Origin: Tubiluchus corallicola
Taxonomy: Eukaryota > Animalia > Priapulida
Assembly: GCA_030141605.1 (NCBI GenBank)
Contig: JAQGDQ010000392.1
Span: 155,817 to 219,816, forward strand
DNA length: 64,000 bases
Direction of reading: 5' to 3'
Shown: piece by piece, positions 8,801 to 23,279 of the stretch
How positions within the stretch are numbered: the stretch's first letter is position 1
Layout: the number at the start of each line of letters is the position of its first letter
Program-made: the position numbers and the translations under genes
The notes under the pieces: model-generated
What the model was told of the DNA's origin: nothing
Database searches by the model: none
The model's input: only the letters and a program-made list of their open reading frames with translations

Positions 8801-11800
8801 ATTTGGTACAATTTCTCAGTGTTATTTGGCTTTGTCAAATAGAATTTGACACATTTGTTATTATCATGCCATTGACAATGTTTTCTGAAATCTGCAGGCA
8901 AAAAACGGTTAATCAAAAAGCATAGACGTCCTGTTTCAAGTCAAGTTAGCGATGACAACAGTGACAACAGCTCTGAGGAAAGCGATGAACAAGAGTGTGA
9001 CAGCAACACTGATGCCAATGCTAAATGCAACAGTAAAATGCAAAATGATGCGGACAGTGATGTCGACGGAGATGATGATGGCAGAGATGATGATGATGAG
9101 GACGCTGGCAGTGGTAGTAACGACAGTGATGATGGTACCGAAGATGACGAAGACTCCACGGGAAAGACATCAATAAACAATGCTATGCAAAAAAGAATTA
9201 GGACTTCTGTTACTTCTTCAGGAGTAAACAACAGGGATAAATCCAGCAAAAAACATCCATCCCAATTATCAGTATCGGAAAATAGTGATGGGGAAAGTGA
9301 GGAAGAGTTTGATCCCGCTAGAGGAATTGGACAAATTGAATCAAGTACTTCAACAGACATCTCAAGTGAAGAAGATGAGAAAGAAGGTAAATCACATTTT
9401 TTTAAATTATTAAATTTCTGTAAGTTACCTTTACATGACTAATCTAAATGTCATTTAATTGTTTGACTAGAGTTACTTTAATTTAAAAATGTGAAAGCTC
9501 GCATTATACCACAAAAAGCTATTTGTGCTGCTGTTTTTTAAATTATTATGCTACTCTCTTCAAGATATTCAACTTATTATAAATGCTGCCTTTTCCTTGA
9601 TTGTTAGATAATTGATTACTTTTCTAAGCACAACCTCTGAGCTTCATTCAACAAATTGCGATCTGGAAATGTAAAAACATCAAAGCTTATTCGTATCATA
9701 ACATAGTCAACTTGTGTTGTCAGACTCTCGTGTTGGAATAAGCATTGTGTACAAACTTTGGAAGATTAGGAGTTACTTTTTTACTTTTGAATGCAGAAAG
9801 CCAAAAAAGAAAGAAAAATGTTATTACTTGCAGTACAAAGTTTGTTTTATATAATACAAATTATATAATAAAATATGTAGTGCCACTTTTGAACAGGTAA
9901 AATTAAAATCAAGCAAATGTCCCTCCTGCAAAATTTGATCACATGGAGGCTTCCCTATCGGTGAGATTTGTGGAAAATCTAGTTTGAAAACAGGTAGAGG
10001 TTATAACTTCACTGATGTGTCAATGTGCTCATTTATCGTTTAATCGATTGTAGATGAATTTGACCACAAATGGGGTGAATTAGCCAATGATGCCCCCGAA
10101 GCTGAGGAAATCACAGCTCGTCTTGCCATTTGTAATATGGATTGGGACAGAATTAAAGCAGCAGATCTGTACGTGTTGCTCAGTAGTTTTGTACCAGTAG
10201 GTGGCGTGCTGAAATCTGTAAAGGTGAGTAATTTAGTTACATTAGTACATATGCATAAAAAAGTTAAAAACATATAAAGTAGATGGTCGTGGTGAGACTG
10301 GTGCCTGACTCATTATCAAGGCTATTCCTCTATGATGAATTACTGAACCAGCAGTGGTGTCTTGGCCATGTTCAGATGTATGCACATCCTCCTGCTGTGA
10401 GGTAAACAGCCAGAATCAGTATGGCGAATGAAAAGGCAGTGTTGTCCGATATCTGATATTAGATTTCATTATACTGCTCGATATTTAGCAGAATTCTGAT
10501 ATTTCTCGACGTATCGAATTGACGAGATTTGCTTAAATATTGGTCGACTTTCTTCTGCTTAAGCTTTCAGTAGTTACAGTGCTTCCCAGGAAGCGGGAAC
10601 TGTAGTATTATATATTGCTGATCGATATATTGAAAGTGTTAACTTCATACATCATTCATGTTCATTGTTGACCCCTGCAAAAGTAAAACTGGTTGTTTCT
10701 GGCAACTTTTTGTCTGGCAAGCTTGCGATTGATTAGTGAGAAGTTCAACTTGCTCAAGTTGCAAGATTGTAGACTAAATTTATAAGTGTCGTTTGCTTAG
10801 TTACTTTCCTTTCTAGTTACTGCCCTTACAGATAGTAATGTAGAATAGCTAGCTTAATGCTGTCTTAGTTGTTGAATCACCAACCAGTTCATGTCCTGAT
10901 GCATTAGAAACTTGAAAAAGTCTAATTATGGATAATATGCTTTTGTTGTTTTCATTTTATTATGCTGTATTTCTTAGTGTGCTACAGGTTAGTAAGGTTT
11001 ATTACAGTTATTGCAGGCCATTTTTAATTATTCATTACAAAGCAGTATTGTTACCGATTTATTACTGATTCACACAGGTATACCTGTCAGAATTCGGCAA
11101 ACAAAGATTAAAAGAGGAAACACTGAGTGGTCCACCTGAGTTACTTGCCGCAAGAAAAAGTAACACAGAACGAGATTCAGATAGTGAAGGTGCAAATGAA
11201 ACTGAAGGTAAGAAAAAAGACGTAAATACAAAATCCGTTCCAACATTATATAAAATTGAAACAAGATTAAAACAAACTATCATGACTAAATATGAGAAGA
11301 CTAATAAAAGAGGTCAAATAGTTTAAAGCAGCTCACTGTCCTACAATACCCTGGAAACTTATAAAATTGCCTTGAAATTTGGATTAATGATTTGTATTGT
11401 ATGAACTGCTTTGTTTGTAGGCCTACAGTATTCAATTATATTACATTGTAATGTATTGTTTTAACTGATTGCATCGTATTGTATTGAATATTGACTGCAT
11501 AAAATGATTGTGATTCTCTTTTTCTATTGTAAAACTCATCCAAGCAACTTAATCAATGATTTTATTTACATTTTATAGTTTCATTAGTTAGTATCTTATG
11601 TCTTAATTTCGTGATTAGCTTTTGTTTGATTTCTACTACATCTACTGCTGAAACATTTGTTTAGTCTTTTCTTTTTTTCACGTGCCTTTTTAAGACGCTG
11701 TTAACAAATATCAGTTTTTGTCTGTGATAAATTACATGCATATTAATTGTTGCTTATCATACACTTAACACGTATCTACTGTAGAAGAATAAAGTCAAAA

Positions 11801-14800
11801 CAGATCCTTTATTGCAGTACAGCAAGAGCATATTAGAATGACATACGATTAATTTATTATATTGCACAATGTTGCATACAATTTAATGAACAAAGTCGTC
11901 TGAATTCAGTGTGCTGGGGATTTACACATCAGAGAATGCAGTGGATTTTGGTGAAAGAAGACACCATAAGTATTTTTGTGCACTGTACAATGGTACACAT
12001 GTATAAAATGTACGCTGCACAAATGTACAAAAATTGTAATGAAATGTGCTTCAGTGTACATAAATAATGGTACGAAAATTGTACATTTTTGTACCACTAT
12101 TTATGTATACTGAAGCACATTTCGTTAATTTTAATTTATGAATTTTTATTGAGGTTTTTTAGGTCTAGTTTTCTATAATCTGTATTAATCTCCCAAGTGT
12201 TATTGCAATACCTTTGTTAGGATTTGAGTGACCACATCATGTAATAATTCATGTGCTGTTTATTTAGACAATCGGTATAACAGAGAGCGTTTACGCGAGT
12301 ATCAGTTGAACAGGCTGAAGTATTACTATGCGGTAGCTGAATGTGATTCAGCTAACACAGCTAACAAGATCTATGAAGAATGTGATGGTATGGAATACGA
12401 ATCAAGTGCATCTAAATGTGATCTTAGGTAAATCACATTGATTATAATTAATAATTGAAGTCTTTGTCATCACTGTTTAAAGTAAAATACTAGCTATAAA
12501 AGCTACTCTTTGGCTATGATAAAGGAAATGTGAATTTCATGCACAATTATACAGCTGAGGCTGAACTGCTACTTAATCATTACTATATGTAAAACTTCAA
12601 CTGTTTAGATTTAGTAAAAAATAATGTATAAATGCTGGCAATTGAGTTTACAAAATGCGCGATTTATATGAGCACTATAGGTCTGATGGAATGCATTATA
12701 GTTGCATTGTTTCCTACAGGCAGGATGGCTTCATTTAATAACGACTCAATTCTACTGCAAAATATTACCACATTTGGTGAATAAACTATCTTTAACTTGC
12801 ATTGCTTATTATTAAATTAGGTTGAAAGGATGCTAGGATCATGTCTGAGCTTGGTTGTTGACACTTTAATAGAAGGCTACGTAAAATATCTTAAGCAGTT
12901 TTAAAATACATGCTAAAAGCTTTCAATACAAACTTATATTACTTAGCATTATGCTTGAAAGACTTGCATAACTAAAAAAGATAATTTTTAATAATTTAAA
13001 ATGTTCGCGTCAACTGGTAAAACGGCACTGACTCCCCTTCCTAGTGTGCACCAATGACTCACCAAAAACGCATTTTTAATCTTATTGACAAGACACAGTA
13101 ATATAAACTTTTGCTTAGTTAGTGATGTGTGCACTACACATGCTCTGAATATTGTTTCAAACTTTACACAATGTTATATGAGCTTGTTCCAGGCGGCCCA
13201 CTATCAAAATGGCTGTGTCTAGTGATAATTGCTGGAGTTTAAATTTTCATATTTTTATACTGCTAATACAAGTTCTGTGTGTAATAAGGCAGTATGTAGA
13301 CGATACAAAATTTCAAAATGAATTTTTTTAGCTTTATATAACTAAAGAGTTTACTTGCGCTTTAATTTTGCAGTTTTTGTGTTTACCTGAGGTAATGTCT
13401 AATTGCACGTTTGTTTTGCAAACCTCAAATTATGCAGTACAGTGTATAAAGTTTACTTAAGTCTACTTAACAATTTAATATATTGAAAGCAAATTTTGCT
13501 TGTTTTGTGCATACATTTTGTATTATTTCAGATTTATACCAAACAATATGACATTCGATGAAGAACCAAAGTCGTGTTGCACTCAAGCTCCAGATCTGGT
13601 TTCATACAAGCCTTCTCAGTTTTGCACTTCTGCTCTGCAGCAATCTAAAGTATGTGTGAATATTTACCTGATAGTTTATAAACGGCAATTGATAAGAATC
13701 AAGACATCATCTTAGAAATAGTGATAGAAGATCCATCAGTTACAATCTGTCATTCTCTTATTTGTTTGTATGCTTGTTTGATTATTGTTTGCTTGCTTGT
13801 TGTTAAAGCACAATTTACTATGAGTGCAAACATTAAACTATGATATTGGTAACATCGATGAAAGTACTGGGCATAAAAAGTGTTATTTATTTTTCAAAGA
13901 TTTTTGTTGATATGGCGTATTGCTGAAAAAATATAATCTGTCTACCAACTTCTGCAACATTATTAATAAGAAAAAATGACAATAATTTTTTCTCAACAAG
14001 CTAAGTGCAGAGCAGCATTAAAGTAAGTTATTTTTGCAAAGGCGTTAGTAATTTACCATATAATTTCCTTTTCAAATTACCACTAGCTTCGCAAAGAGAA
14101 TGGTGGTCAAGTTCAGCAATATGGCCATTCTTAATAGTTGCCTACAAAACTGTCATTGTTTGCACTCAGAATAGCAGTACTTAATTTAGATAACTGTAAA
14201 GACTGATTGAGGTTATTTTTGTTTAGCTTAATCTTTATTCTTCCACCACCAATCGGAAAATCCTTTATAGTTTTATACATGCATTTGTACATTTGTTCAT
14301 ACATTTATGCAGATTATTTTCTTTTGTTTATATACTAAACACTGTTAATTATTTTTGACATAATATTGCTTTTTTAGGAATGCGATATAAAAAACGGTAG
14401 ATATTAATCATTGTTCTTTGAAAAACTTTTACTACAATTAGACTATTACATAGTTACTATAAATGTTACTGTAACAAGAAACATTTAAATTTTTTGTTAG
14501 TCTAAAAATGTGTCTTTTCAGGTTGAACTGACGTGGGATGAAACAGATAAAGATCGCCTTGCGGTCACTACAAAAAGTTTTAAGAAAGAAGATGTAGCTG
14601 ATATGGACCTCAAGGCATATTTGGCTTCTTCAAGTGAAGACGAAGGTCTGTTTGCTTAAATTGCTTATAAACATATAAATTCATTTAATAATGATAAAGA
14701 GAGCAGAAACTAAAAAGCAGAGAAATGCTATTTCATGCCATAAAATGGAAATAGTATGCTTGCAAAACACACATAAATGTCAGAGAAATGTTAGGAGAAC

Positions 14801-17800
14801 AAACCTAGAAACGTATATGTACACTAAACAAATCTTATAAAATGTATCATTATTCAATTATCTTTGTGCTTCTAGTTTGTGTCGGCTCTATATTATTTCA
14901 GTATGATCATTTAAATATTTGTAAATATTTTCTTTTTTAGAAGGTATTACTTTCAAGTTGAAGGTAACATTTATAGCAAAAACTGTAATATTCTGTTTAA
15001 TTGCAGTTTTTAGACATTTAAGTAGCTTTAGCTGTGCTTTCTTTCTCTTACTTACTAACAAATCAATATTACAGAGGACATGTACAGAAACATTGAACCA
15101 CCTGATGAAGCCTCGTTAAACAATGAGCCTGAACACTATGATGACGAAGAAGCCATTGCCAGGTACAGAGAATTATTAAAAGGAGGCGAAGATGATGATA
15201 AAGAAGCTGATGATTCAGCAATGGAAATGGAGATAACGTGGGAGCCAGGTTGGTTTTTCACTTGGTACTAAGGCAAGAGCATTTCTTTTTAATGCTGAAT
15301 GAGAATGTCGAAATGGTTACATATAGAGATGATGAATAAACCGTGAATTTGTATTAGGCATGATGTATAGCTGAGTGGTCATGTTTGTGTTACACTACTG
15401 AGATTAAGAGGCACAGAAGCTGGTAAGTGAATGGATTGGTGAGTGCCGAGTTCAGTACTCCCTCTGGGCGGTTTCATTTGGCATGCTTATTCTGGCTGTT
15501 TATCTTATAGTGGGAGGATTTACTCACTTCTGAAGGTTCAGTGTCCCATCTGAGAGCTTTAGGCCGTGACCATGAGCTAGGCTCCAGTCCCGCCATAAAC
15601 AGATTAAGCATGCTGGATTCCTGCTTGGAAGTATACTGAGATGCATCAAATTTCATTACTCGAACTCTTTTGTCATTTCATTTTGTTTCGCTTTTTAGGT
15701 TTGCGTGAAAAGGCAGATCAGGTGTTACAGCAAAAAGCAAAGGAAACCGAGAAGTTGACACCTTGGGAGCAATTTTTGCAAAAGAAGAAAGAGAAAAAGC
15801 TGAAAAAGAAGTCTGAGAAGATCAAGGTACATCACACAGTGAACATGCGGCACTACTAACTTTTTAGAATACGGCGTTATTCAGTATCACATCCAGAGGT
15901 CACAGTTTTTTCAATTTTATTATTCCAGTTTTGTGCAACAATTATTGTTGTAGCTGTAAGTAGAGATAGTCACGTTTCAAATTAACCATCACATTAGTGA
16001 TGCTAAAAAAATTGACAGTTTGTCAAGCCAACTCTACCATTGTCCAAGGAGAGAATCTTTTTATCAGTTTTATAAATTAGTGGATGACATTAATTCAAGG
16101 ATTCACATTTGAACACAAAGCAGCTAGATTTACACCTATTGGTTCATGCAGAATTCAAACCAAACTTCTCGAAAACTGCACATGATAACCGTGCTGCGAT
16201 TCTTTGTTCATTATTTCTAATGTGATTTTTTTGCTGTCAATGTTATGTTATAGAAAATGTTTGTTCATATTGCATTGTTCGCAGAATAACTAAAAAGTTT
16301 TTTTGCATCTTACCATTGTGGCTTTGGAAAATATAACAACAGATTTTTTGAGAAGCCACTGAGGGAAGTGAACTGTACTCGGCTGCTAGTGACAGAGAGA
16401 ACAGATTGCTTGAAAAAATGCTTACTTCAAATTTATATAATTTTGCCAGAAGTTAATTTATTATGAACTATGTTAACAAAACTTTAGACTTACAGTGCTT
16501 TTGATAGTGGGATAATTTTAAAGCTGATATTAAATGGTTGTGTGTATAAGATTATATTTGACTGGCTGTTGTTTCAGGTTGACCAAGAAACAGTTGATGA
16601 AGCACAAGCATTTAGTGACGACGAGCTTCCTTCTGATGTTGATGTAAATGAATCTTTCTTTAAAGAACAAAATAAAAGTAAGTGATGTAGCTGATACCTA
16701 AATTTCAGTGAGTTAGATTTGAAAATGATTTTCATTTAGATGTTTCCAATATCTATTATACATGTTATGCTAATACCAGCTACTGGTTTAACAAACACCA
16801 AGTTTGTACCTTGTATTTATTTATTTGTTTATTATTTATCAGAAACAAAAATAAATATATAAAACATTGTAATGCTGTCAGTGACTTCATTTCTGCTTGC
16901 AGCTCGCCTTTCACTTATTTCATGTTATTTCTACTACACGCAAATAATCGAAATTATAGTTACGTTTTAAACTGTCATAAACACTTCAGAATAATTCTCG
17001 ACTTTTCCATTGAAAGGAAATTTTCATGGATTTAGCATGCAAGAGTTTGAACATTTGCATTTTAAAGGTCTTTTGAAATGGCATTCACAAGTGTTATACT
17101 AACCTGCCTTTCTTCTTATTATTTTTTGAAGCTCAGATGTCTTTGTAAACTGCTATGAGATGTAATCAAAAACTTGTCTTGTAATTTTAGAGAAAGAAAA
17201 AAAGAAGAATAAGAAACATGCGGAACACGAGAAGACAGCGAAAGACGATACAAAACAAACTGTACGTTAAGTTTGATTGTATGTAAAAAGGACTTTGCTG
17301 TAAATCGTTTAATTAGATTGTTAGTAATTAAAAGCAGAAACATTCTTTTATTAAACTCTTAATATTTAGCTTATGAATAGTGATTGATTTAAATGAAAAT
17401 TAAACTAATGAGTGCATTGGTTCATGTTGATAACTTGCAGGAATTGGAACTGCTTATGTTGGATGAAGACGATGATAAACATCATTTCAACTTGAAGCAA
17501 ATTATTGAGCAGCAGCAGAAAGGGAAAAAGAAGAAAAAGAAAGACAAGAAAACGGAAGTTATAAAAGATGACTTTCAGGTACAATTGCTTTTATCAGTAT
17601 GTAGACGTGAAATTGCCATAAAATTGTAAATGGAAATTTCAAAAATTATAAGTGGTGCTTCATTTTGTTAAATAAGGATCTTGTGCATTTCTGTTAAGGT
17701 TAACTATATATGGTGTGTCATAGATAAAACACTGCTTACCCTAGTATTAATGGGTATCAGTGAGGGTAGTACTGTTTGTTTCACAGCCCAGCACAGTGCG

Positions 17801-18533
17801 CTCACAGCTCAAGCAACATGGTGTTTGGCTGTTGCGTGCATGTCTGAGATAAGATGCTTTTCTTTAGGTAGAAAGAGTGCTGTGCTCACCGCTGTGTGTG
17901 TTGTATTCTTGAACTGCGACAGATTAGGCTATTCGTAAGCAAACAATATTTTTTGCTTAGGATTTTATCAAGTTTATGTATAAATTTTTGTATGTTTGTT
18001 TGTTTAAAATTACAATTTACAACATTAAAATTGCACATGTTTGTTTCGTTTTACACAGTATTAAAACATTGGCTAAAAATTTTCTGAAGCAGCACCCCCA
18101 GTAATTTTAGCTACGAACCATCCCTGAGTGTGACCTACCATGATAATGTGAATGGAGTTCTGCTAATTAATCTATGGTACATTAATGACCCTTCTTGGTC
18201 AATGATTTGAACGATTAATTATGGCGTTATGATACATTTATCTCTGTTGTTTTATTCTAGATTGATGTAGAGGATCCCAGATTTGCGGCTGTATTTTCAT
18301 CACACCACTTCAATATAGATCCGTCAGATCCTCAGTACAAAAAAACGACAGCTATGGACAAAATCATCTCAGAAAAGCAGAAGAGGCGGTTGAAAAAAGA
18401 CGAGGCTGAGCATTCCAAAGCTCCAAAATTAGACACTGATAAGAGGGAGAGGGATTCTGCCCCTCTCGAACTATCCCAACTAGTCAAATCTGTGAAATCT
18501 AAAACACAACAGCACATGCTAAAGAAAAAATGA
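5816..18533 (+). CDS. ESF1: ESF1 nucleolar pre-rRNA processing protein (multi-exon)
   Basis: GT-AG exons with consistent phases: 5816-5938, 6935-7268, 8898-9386, 10054-10223, 11078-11207, 12268-12427, 13532-13649, 14522-14645, 15075-15248, 15699-15826, 16578-16677, 17191-17261, 17441-17578, 18261-18533. Motifs: [80 protein letters not shown], and NUC153 [35 protein letters not shown] at 18603. Confidence 0.95.
6350..6450 (-). mobile_element. Penelope-like pLTR relic with degenerate hammerhead core
   Basis: Minus strand CATTGATGATGAC-AGGAGCAGCTA-GTCGAAACGG...AATAAAG, i.e. a (C>T)TGATGA / GAC..GTC helix II / GAAAC arrangement typical of Penelope-associated minimal hammerheads. Confidence 0.45.
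7418..7820. mobile_element. hAT-type MITE in ESF1 intron
   Basis: TIRs TAGGGGTGAGCA (7418-7429) and TGCTCACCCCTA (7809-7820). 8-bp TSD ATGCAGAG / GTGCAGAG (7 of 8 match). Subterminal TTCGAAT/GAATTC repeats. Confidence 0.82.
12038..12126. repeat. near-perfect ~44-bp-arm palindrome in ESF1 intron
   Basis: AATGAAATGTGCTTCAGTGTACATAAATAATGGTACGAAAAT pairs with ATTTTTGTACCACTATTTATGTATACTGAAGCACATTTCGTT. Confidence 0.85.
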
Positions 18534-20142
18534 TTTTCACTTGTATTCTGAAGAAAAAAAAATGTTTACTTGAATGCCATTTGTTGTTTGACATTGATAT
18601 GTATTAAAACAAATTAAGATTTTAATTTAGCAGAGATGTGTTTGAATTGGTAATAGTTAGAGCAAACATTCCCAGAGTGCTAAATTGTGGATTGAATAAT
18701 GAACGGCAAATTACAACTGTGATTAGACAATTTAAAAATCCTATTAAACGTGGACTGCCTCACAAATCTGTCAGAAGTACTGGAACATGAAGGTGAAACA
18801 TATTTAAATTCAAATTTTTGTAAACTTAATTTAAATATGCTTGCGTTGTTCTACCTCAGTATCTTCCTGCTCATGCTGCCTCTGTATAATAACTCTGGGA
18901 GCAAATTGTTTTTGCAAAGTACTGTACAAATAGCGCTATGTGGGTTTTTACTGGTACACTTTACAATGTACAAACTATACAGTGACGTTCTGAATAACAG
19001 GTGGGATCAAATAAAACAGATCTTAGATTCGGCAAACACTACTTTAACAAGCAAAAAAGGCACAGATAAGATAATGACCGATTTTACATTTTTGTTACCA
19101 GGTTGGACGTCATTCATGTTTTAACATATTGCTTTGTTAAAATCATTGTGCTATCTTCAACAGATTCTAAAAACTATAATTTGCAATGATACAGAAATTA
19201 CAAAAAAGGATTTAATATTTTCTGCGGCTCTGTCAATTTCAGTGCCATATGTCCCCAAGTCTAGTGAATTGACTTCCTTCCACTGGTTCAACTGTGTTAA
19301 TTTACTTTGATAAAATTAATTTCTACAGCGGTAAATTAATTTTTTTTCTTAATTATTTTAAAAATCTTTTAGTGCTCACGTCGTAGTTATTTTTTCTCAT
19401 TTTTGTTAATTAAATTATGTTCAGTTTCTGGGATGGTATGCTGTTCTTTGCTTCAGGTTGAAGTACTGTGTGTGGGGAATTTGTTTTAGTGGCCGTTATT
19501 TCTCATTGCCTTTGCACGATTTTTTTTGTGCTGCTGTTAATTTAAAATAAACTGACAAGTATTATTTTTAAGGAGTTTACAGTTCCCCACAATACCCCCA
19601 ACTCTAACTTCAACCCTCAACAGCACGAACTATTTTCTTCCGTGTGGGGATGGTAAATTTTAGCCCTATTTTTGTTTAAAACTGCATAGTAGAATGCGAT
19701 GTATTACCAGTTAAATCAACGTGCAATTACTGATTTGAACTATTTAGACCATTGTGTATAGAAACCAGTGATCACTGCATGGTGTCTTCCCTAACCATAA
19801 TAATGCAAGTGTATTAGATTAGAAGTATGGAATGTGGAAAAAAGTTCATCTTTGACTTCTTCCGGAAATATAGTAAATATTATAGATTGTAACTGTGTAC
19901 GTAAATGTATGGTTAGACAACAGATCAAAACCAATGCATGCTAATCACTTTTTTGTTGTTAAGGGCTTTCATTGTTGTCAAGTGAGTAAAATCTTGTATT
20001 ATATTGCAAAATAAAATTTACTGTATTCAGTTTTCTTCTGTAAGTTTAATTATGGTGTCATACAAACCAAATAAGAGTCTTCCATCTGGATACTATTTAA
20101 TGCATATGTATAACAACACAATCATATCAAATCAAATACAAT

Positions 20143-23100
20143 TTAAGAGTTGGAATTTGGCCCTCTCCTCTTGCCGAATGTTGCAACAACATTGACAAAT
20201 CTTCTGTTGTACTGCAGTCGTCGTTTTGCTCGCCCCGTCTTCTTCTTCTTCTTTTCCCCTGCTTCAACCTGAAAGAGACGAAAATATTCTGTCAACATAA
20301 CACCAGAGCCACTTGCATTTCTGCTACTGTTATAGGGCTATTCATTTTCTGGGACAGTCTTGTCTGTTTTTGTATTTGAACTTTTTTGTGGGAATATGTC
20401 CCCAAGGCATTTCGTCATTTCCGTTAAACATTGTACCAGGTTTGGACTATCGACTATCGTACATGAACTAGAGGATATTCAACCTAATTTTTTTTAATTT
20501 GCCCCCCAAATCTAACGACATATTGCTGTTGGTATAAAAAATAATTTAATTCAGGCATTCAAAAAAGGAGGCAGAGTGGAGAAAGAGAGAACTGTGCTGC
20601 TATGCGATTTGGCATAACATGAACAAAATAATTTTGTTGTTATTGCACTTTGTTCTGGACTAGCAAACAGAATTTTTTCTCTATCGTGTTTGGCAAAATA
20701 AGCAAAAATCATTCCTTTTTAAGACTGCAATTCTAAAGTTATTTGTTAGTTTACGACTTGCACTTTCTGATCCAGTATTGTAACAATATGAACGAAACAA
20801 TAAGCATCAGCTCTAAATATTTTAAATTGAGGCAGGGCTTGAGAACGCATCTGCAAATTGGAAATTTGCCATCTCTTTGGTAAACATGTATAAGTCTGCA
20901 TCAAACAGCTTGCAGTCTTTGTTCTATGATGTTTAAGTACAAAAATGCTGTCCCAGGTGTAACTTCTGCAAAAACGCCTTAAGTTAAAAAAAGTTTGGAC
21001 GAAAAACTGAATGAGTACAGCAAGTCCTCCGTAATATCGCTCCTTTTAAGGTGTGGGCGTCTTTTAACAATGTTCCACATACAGGCAAACCAGGCACAAA
21101 GCAGTTGAAACCATGTATGAATATGCAGAAATCTTGCATATAACAATGTGACAACAGCCTGAGAAAAATCCTTGACAAGCATTGAACATACCTTTGGTGT
21201 CTGGCCTCGGACTTTACCAGCACGTGCAAGAGATCCATGCACTTTCCCTGCAAAAAACATTTTCTGGTAAATTAAGTCTACCATTTGTCATGAGGTCAAG
21301 ATAATTTACAACTACTGGAACAAGCATATACAATTCAGTGTTAAAGTGCCCAAGTGATATAAAATCAGTTCAGTTTTCAACTTATTTTACTCAACTAAAA
21401 TTAGACCTTAACAATCAAATGACTTAGATTAGATTAGATTTATTCAATCCAAATATACAATTGCACATATACAATATGATTAGATAATGTTTGAGGAAGG
21501 GAGAAAGCCATCAGGCATGAATGCACTTACAGATTTCTATTACATTTACAAAAAGGGTTAAAATCAAATGCGAGTAGTTTAAATGAAAAAGAACGTTAGC
21601 ATTGATAACATCATTCACCTTGTTTGCAAAAGAGTATTTAAAAACATCAATACGACAATAATTTTTGTACAACTTGTAACTATGGCCTCTTGATCGAATC
21701 GAATCTAATCTAATCAAATGACTTTTTTTTGCTAATTTCTTATGACGGCATTTAGACACGTGTGAATTTGAAAATAAGCTTGTTTCACATTTTCACTTAA
21801 CGCACAAGTATACAAAGTGTGAATACATATATGCTGTATAAAATCTCAAGACTCCCACGCAGCAAATCATTTACAATTATATGTTGTTCAATAGTACCTA
21901 CCACCAACCATGCGAGCTGTAAGGCAGAGGGTGTTGTTCTCTTCCAGCTGACATTGCTCTAAAGAACTTTCATTCTCCAAGGGATGCCCAGCTGCATACA
22001 AACTTTGCTTTTCAACTGGAATGCCTTCTATATCTACTAAGCGTTCCTGCAACAATATGTTAACTGGCTGAAATTAATGAAAATTGCAATGTTATTCAAG
22101 ACAAATTTCAAACACGGGTAGAATTTTAGTGTAACCACGGCTGGGCAGGCATCATTTAGCTTAAATTTAGAGAACTTGCTGCTTATTCAGCAGCAAGTAC
22201 CGTAAATTGTGTCTACATTATTCTCTGTTGTACCATGCAGTATCAGCATTATGAGGTAAAGCAGCATGTAACACATAGCTATTGCCAAATTCAGAAGTAC
22301 ACTGTACAGAATGTAACACAACTCTTAATTAGTCGTTAAACTGAAATTCATGTATGCCGTGAAACTTTTTTAGTTAAACTATCTAGAAGTCAAGTATTAC
22401 CAGGATAAATACAGAACTGATGTTGTGAGGCTCTTCAGAGTCATTTGCTATACCATGCCCATCTGCTCTTCATAGCCGTTCATTTTAGTCAAGTCAAATT
22501 AGTTAATTAAACAGTACTAACTAATTAACAAAGAGATAACTGCACTTTTTTTGTTTAAACCTCAGACATCATAGCTAACCATTCTTCCAAATTTCAACTC
22601 AGTTTGATAAGTGATTTGAAAGAGCCCTTTGATGGATAGTGTACTGTGGAAGAAAGTGTGACGGATAGAGTGAGTGAACAAGTCACAGGATTCTTTCTAA
22701 TGACTCATCCATCAGCTCAGTTCCATGTAAAGAATAAGAAAACCTTTCACCTAGATAAGCTTAAAAAATTTGTCTTGAAAGTTTTTACCACTCACATTGC
22801 ATACAGATCTTACTTTAGCAGTAATGCTGTGCAAAACTTGTAAAGTTCAACTCCCATGGTGACCATTAGGCGCAGCCATTTTAAAGGTAAGCCATATGAA
22901 ACAAGTTTAGGTAACAGCATAAAGTTTGAAAGAATAATCAGAGCATTCATAGCACACACTTCACTAACTAGTCAAAATTTCAAATTACCATATCTTGTCA
23001 ATAAAATTAAAAACGGGTCTTTTGATGAGTGTGTGGTGCCCATGGTGAGTCAAAGACATTTCACCAATTGGCATAAGCATTTTAACTTGTTAAGAATTTT

Positions 23101-23279
23101 CTTTTTCCAGTTACATAACTCATTCAAGTAGGTATCCGAAATACTAATTATAGAAAGTTTTTTGGGACATAATTTAACATTGCCTACTCCTTAATACTAC
23201 GTACCTTCACATCCTGTACTGTGTCTGAGAGGGATACCTCCAACGCATGGAGTTTCTGACCTTGAATAAACAGTTGCAT
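20143..23279 (-). CDS. FAU: FUBI ubiquitin-like / 40S ribosomal protein S30 (eS30) fusion, 133 aa
   Basis: Exons: 23279-23205 ([25 protein letters not shown]), 22046-21902 ([28 protein letters not shown]), 21247-21192 ([19 protein letters not shown]), 20268-20143 ([41 protein letters not shown]). Canonical splice sites and consistent phases. Confidence 0.97.
21423..21760 (-). mobile_element. 3' fragment of a CR1-group LINE in a FAU intron
   Basis: Translation [27 protein letters not shown] resembles the CR1 ORF2 C-terminal TRGHxxKL motif, followed by AATAAA and a (TCTAA)n tail. Confidence 0.7.

Noticed and set aside
8941-9360. 139-aa Ser-rich minus-strand ORF
   Set aside because: Antisense shadow of the acidic ESF1 exon 8898-9386.
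17757-18127. Possible old hAT MITE (CAGTGAGGGT ... ACCATCCCTG)
   Set aside because: The TIR match is too degenerate and there is no TSD.
18750-19124. 124-aa hydrophobic ORF downstream of ESF1
   Set aside because: Non-ATG start in the track, no recognisable domain, and no splice or promoter context; AT-rich sequence often translates as hydrophobic.
21066-21180. Possible H/ACA snoRNA hairpins in FAU introns (also 22205-22280)
   Set aside because: Short stems and an ACA are present, but I found no convincing H box, two-hairpin architecture or rRNA target; a covariance-model search is needed.
22561-22720. C/D-box-like motifs on the FAU strand (also GTGATGA near 23640)
   Set aside because: The surrounding sequence (GCTCTTTCAAAT, GGTATCAAAGAG) looks like DNA-transposon debris, and no guide complementarity was found.
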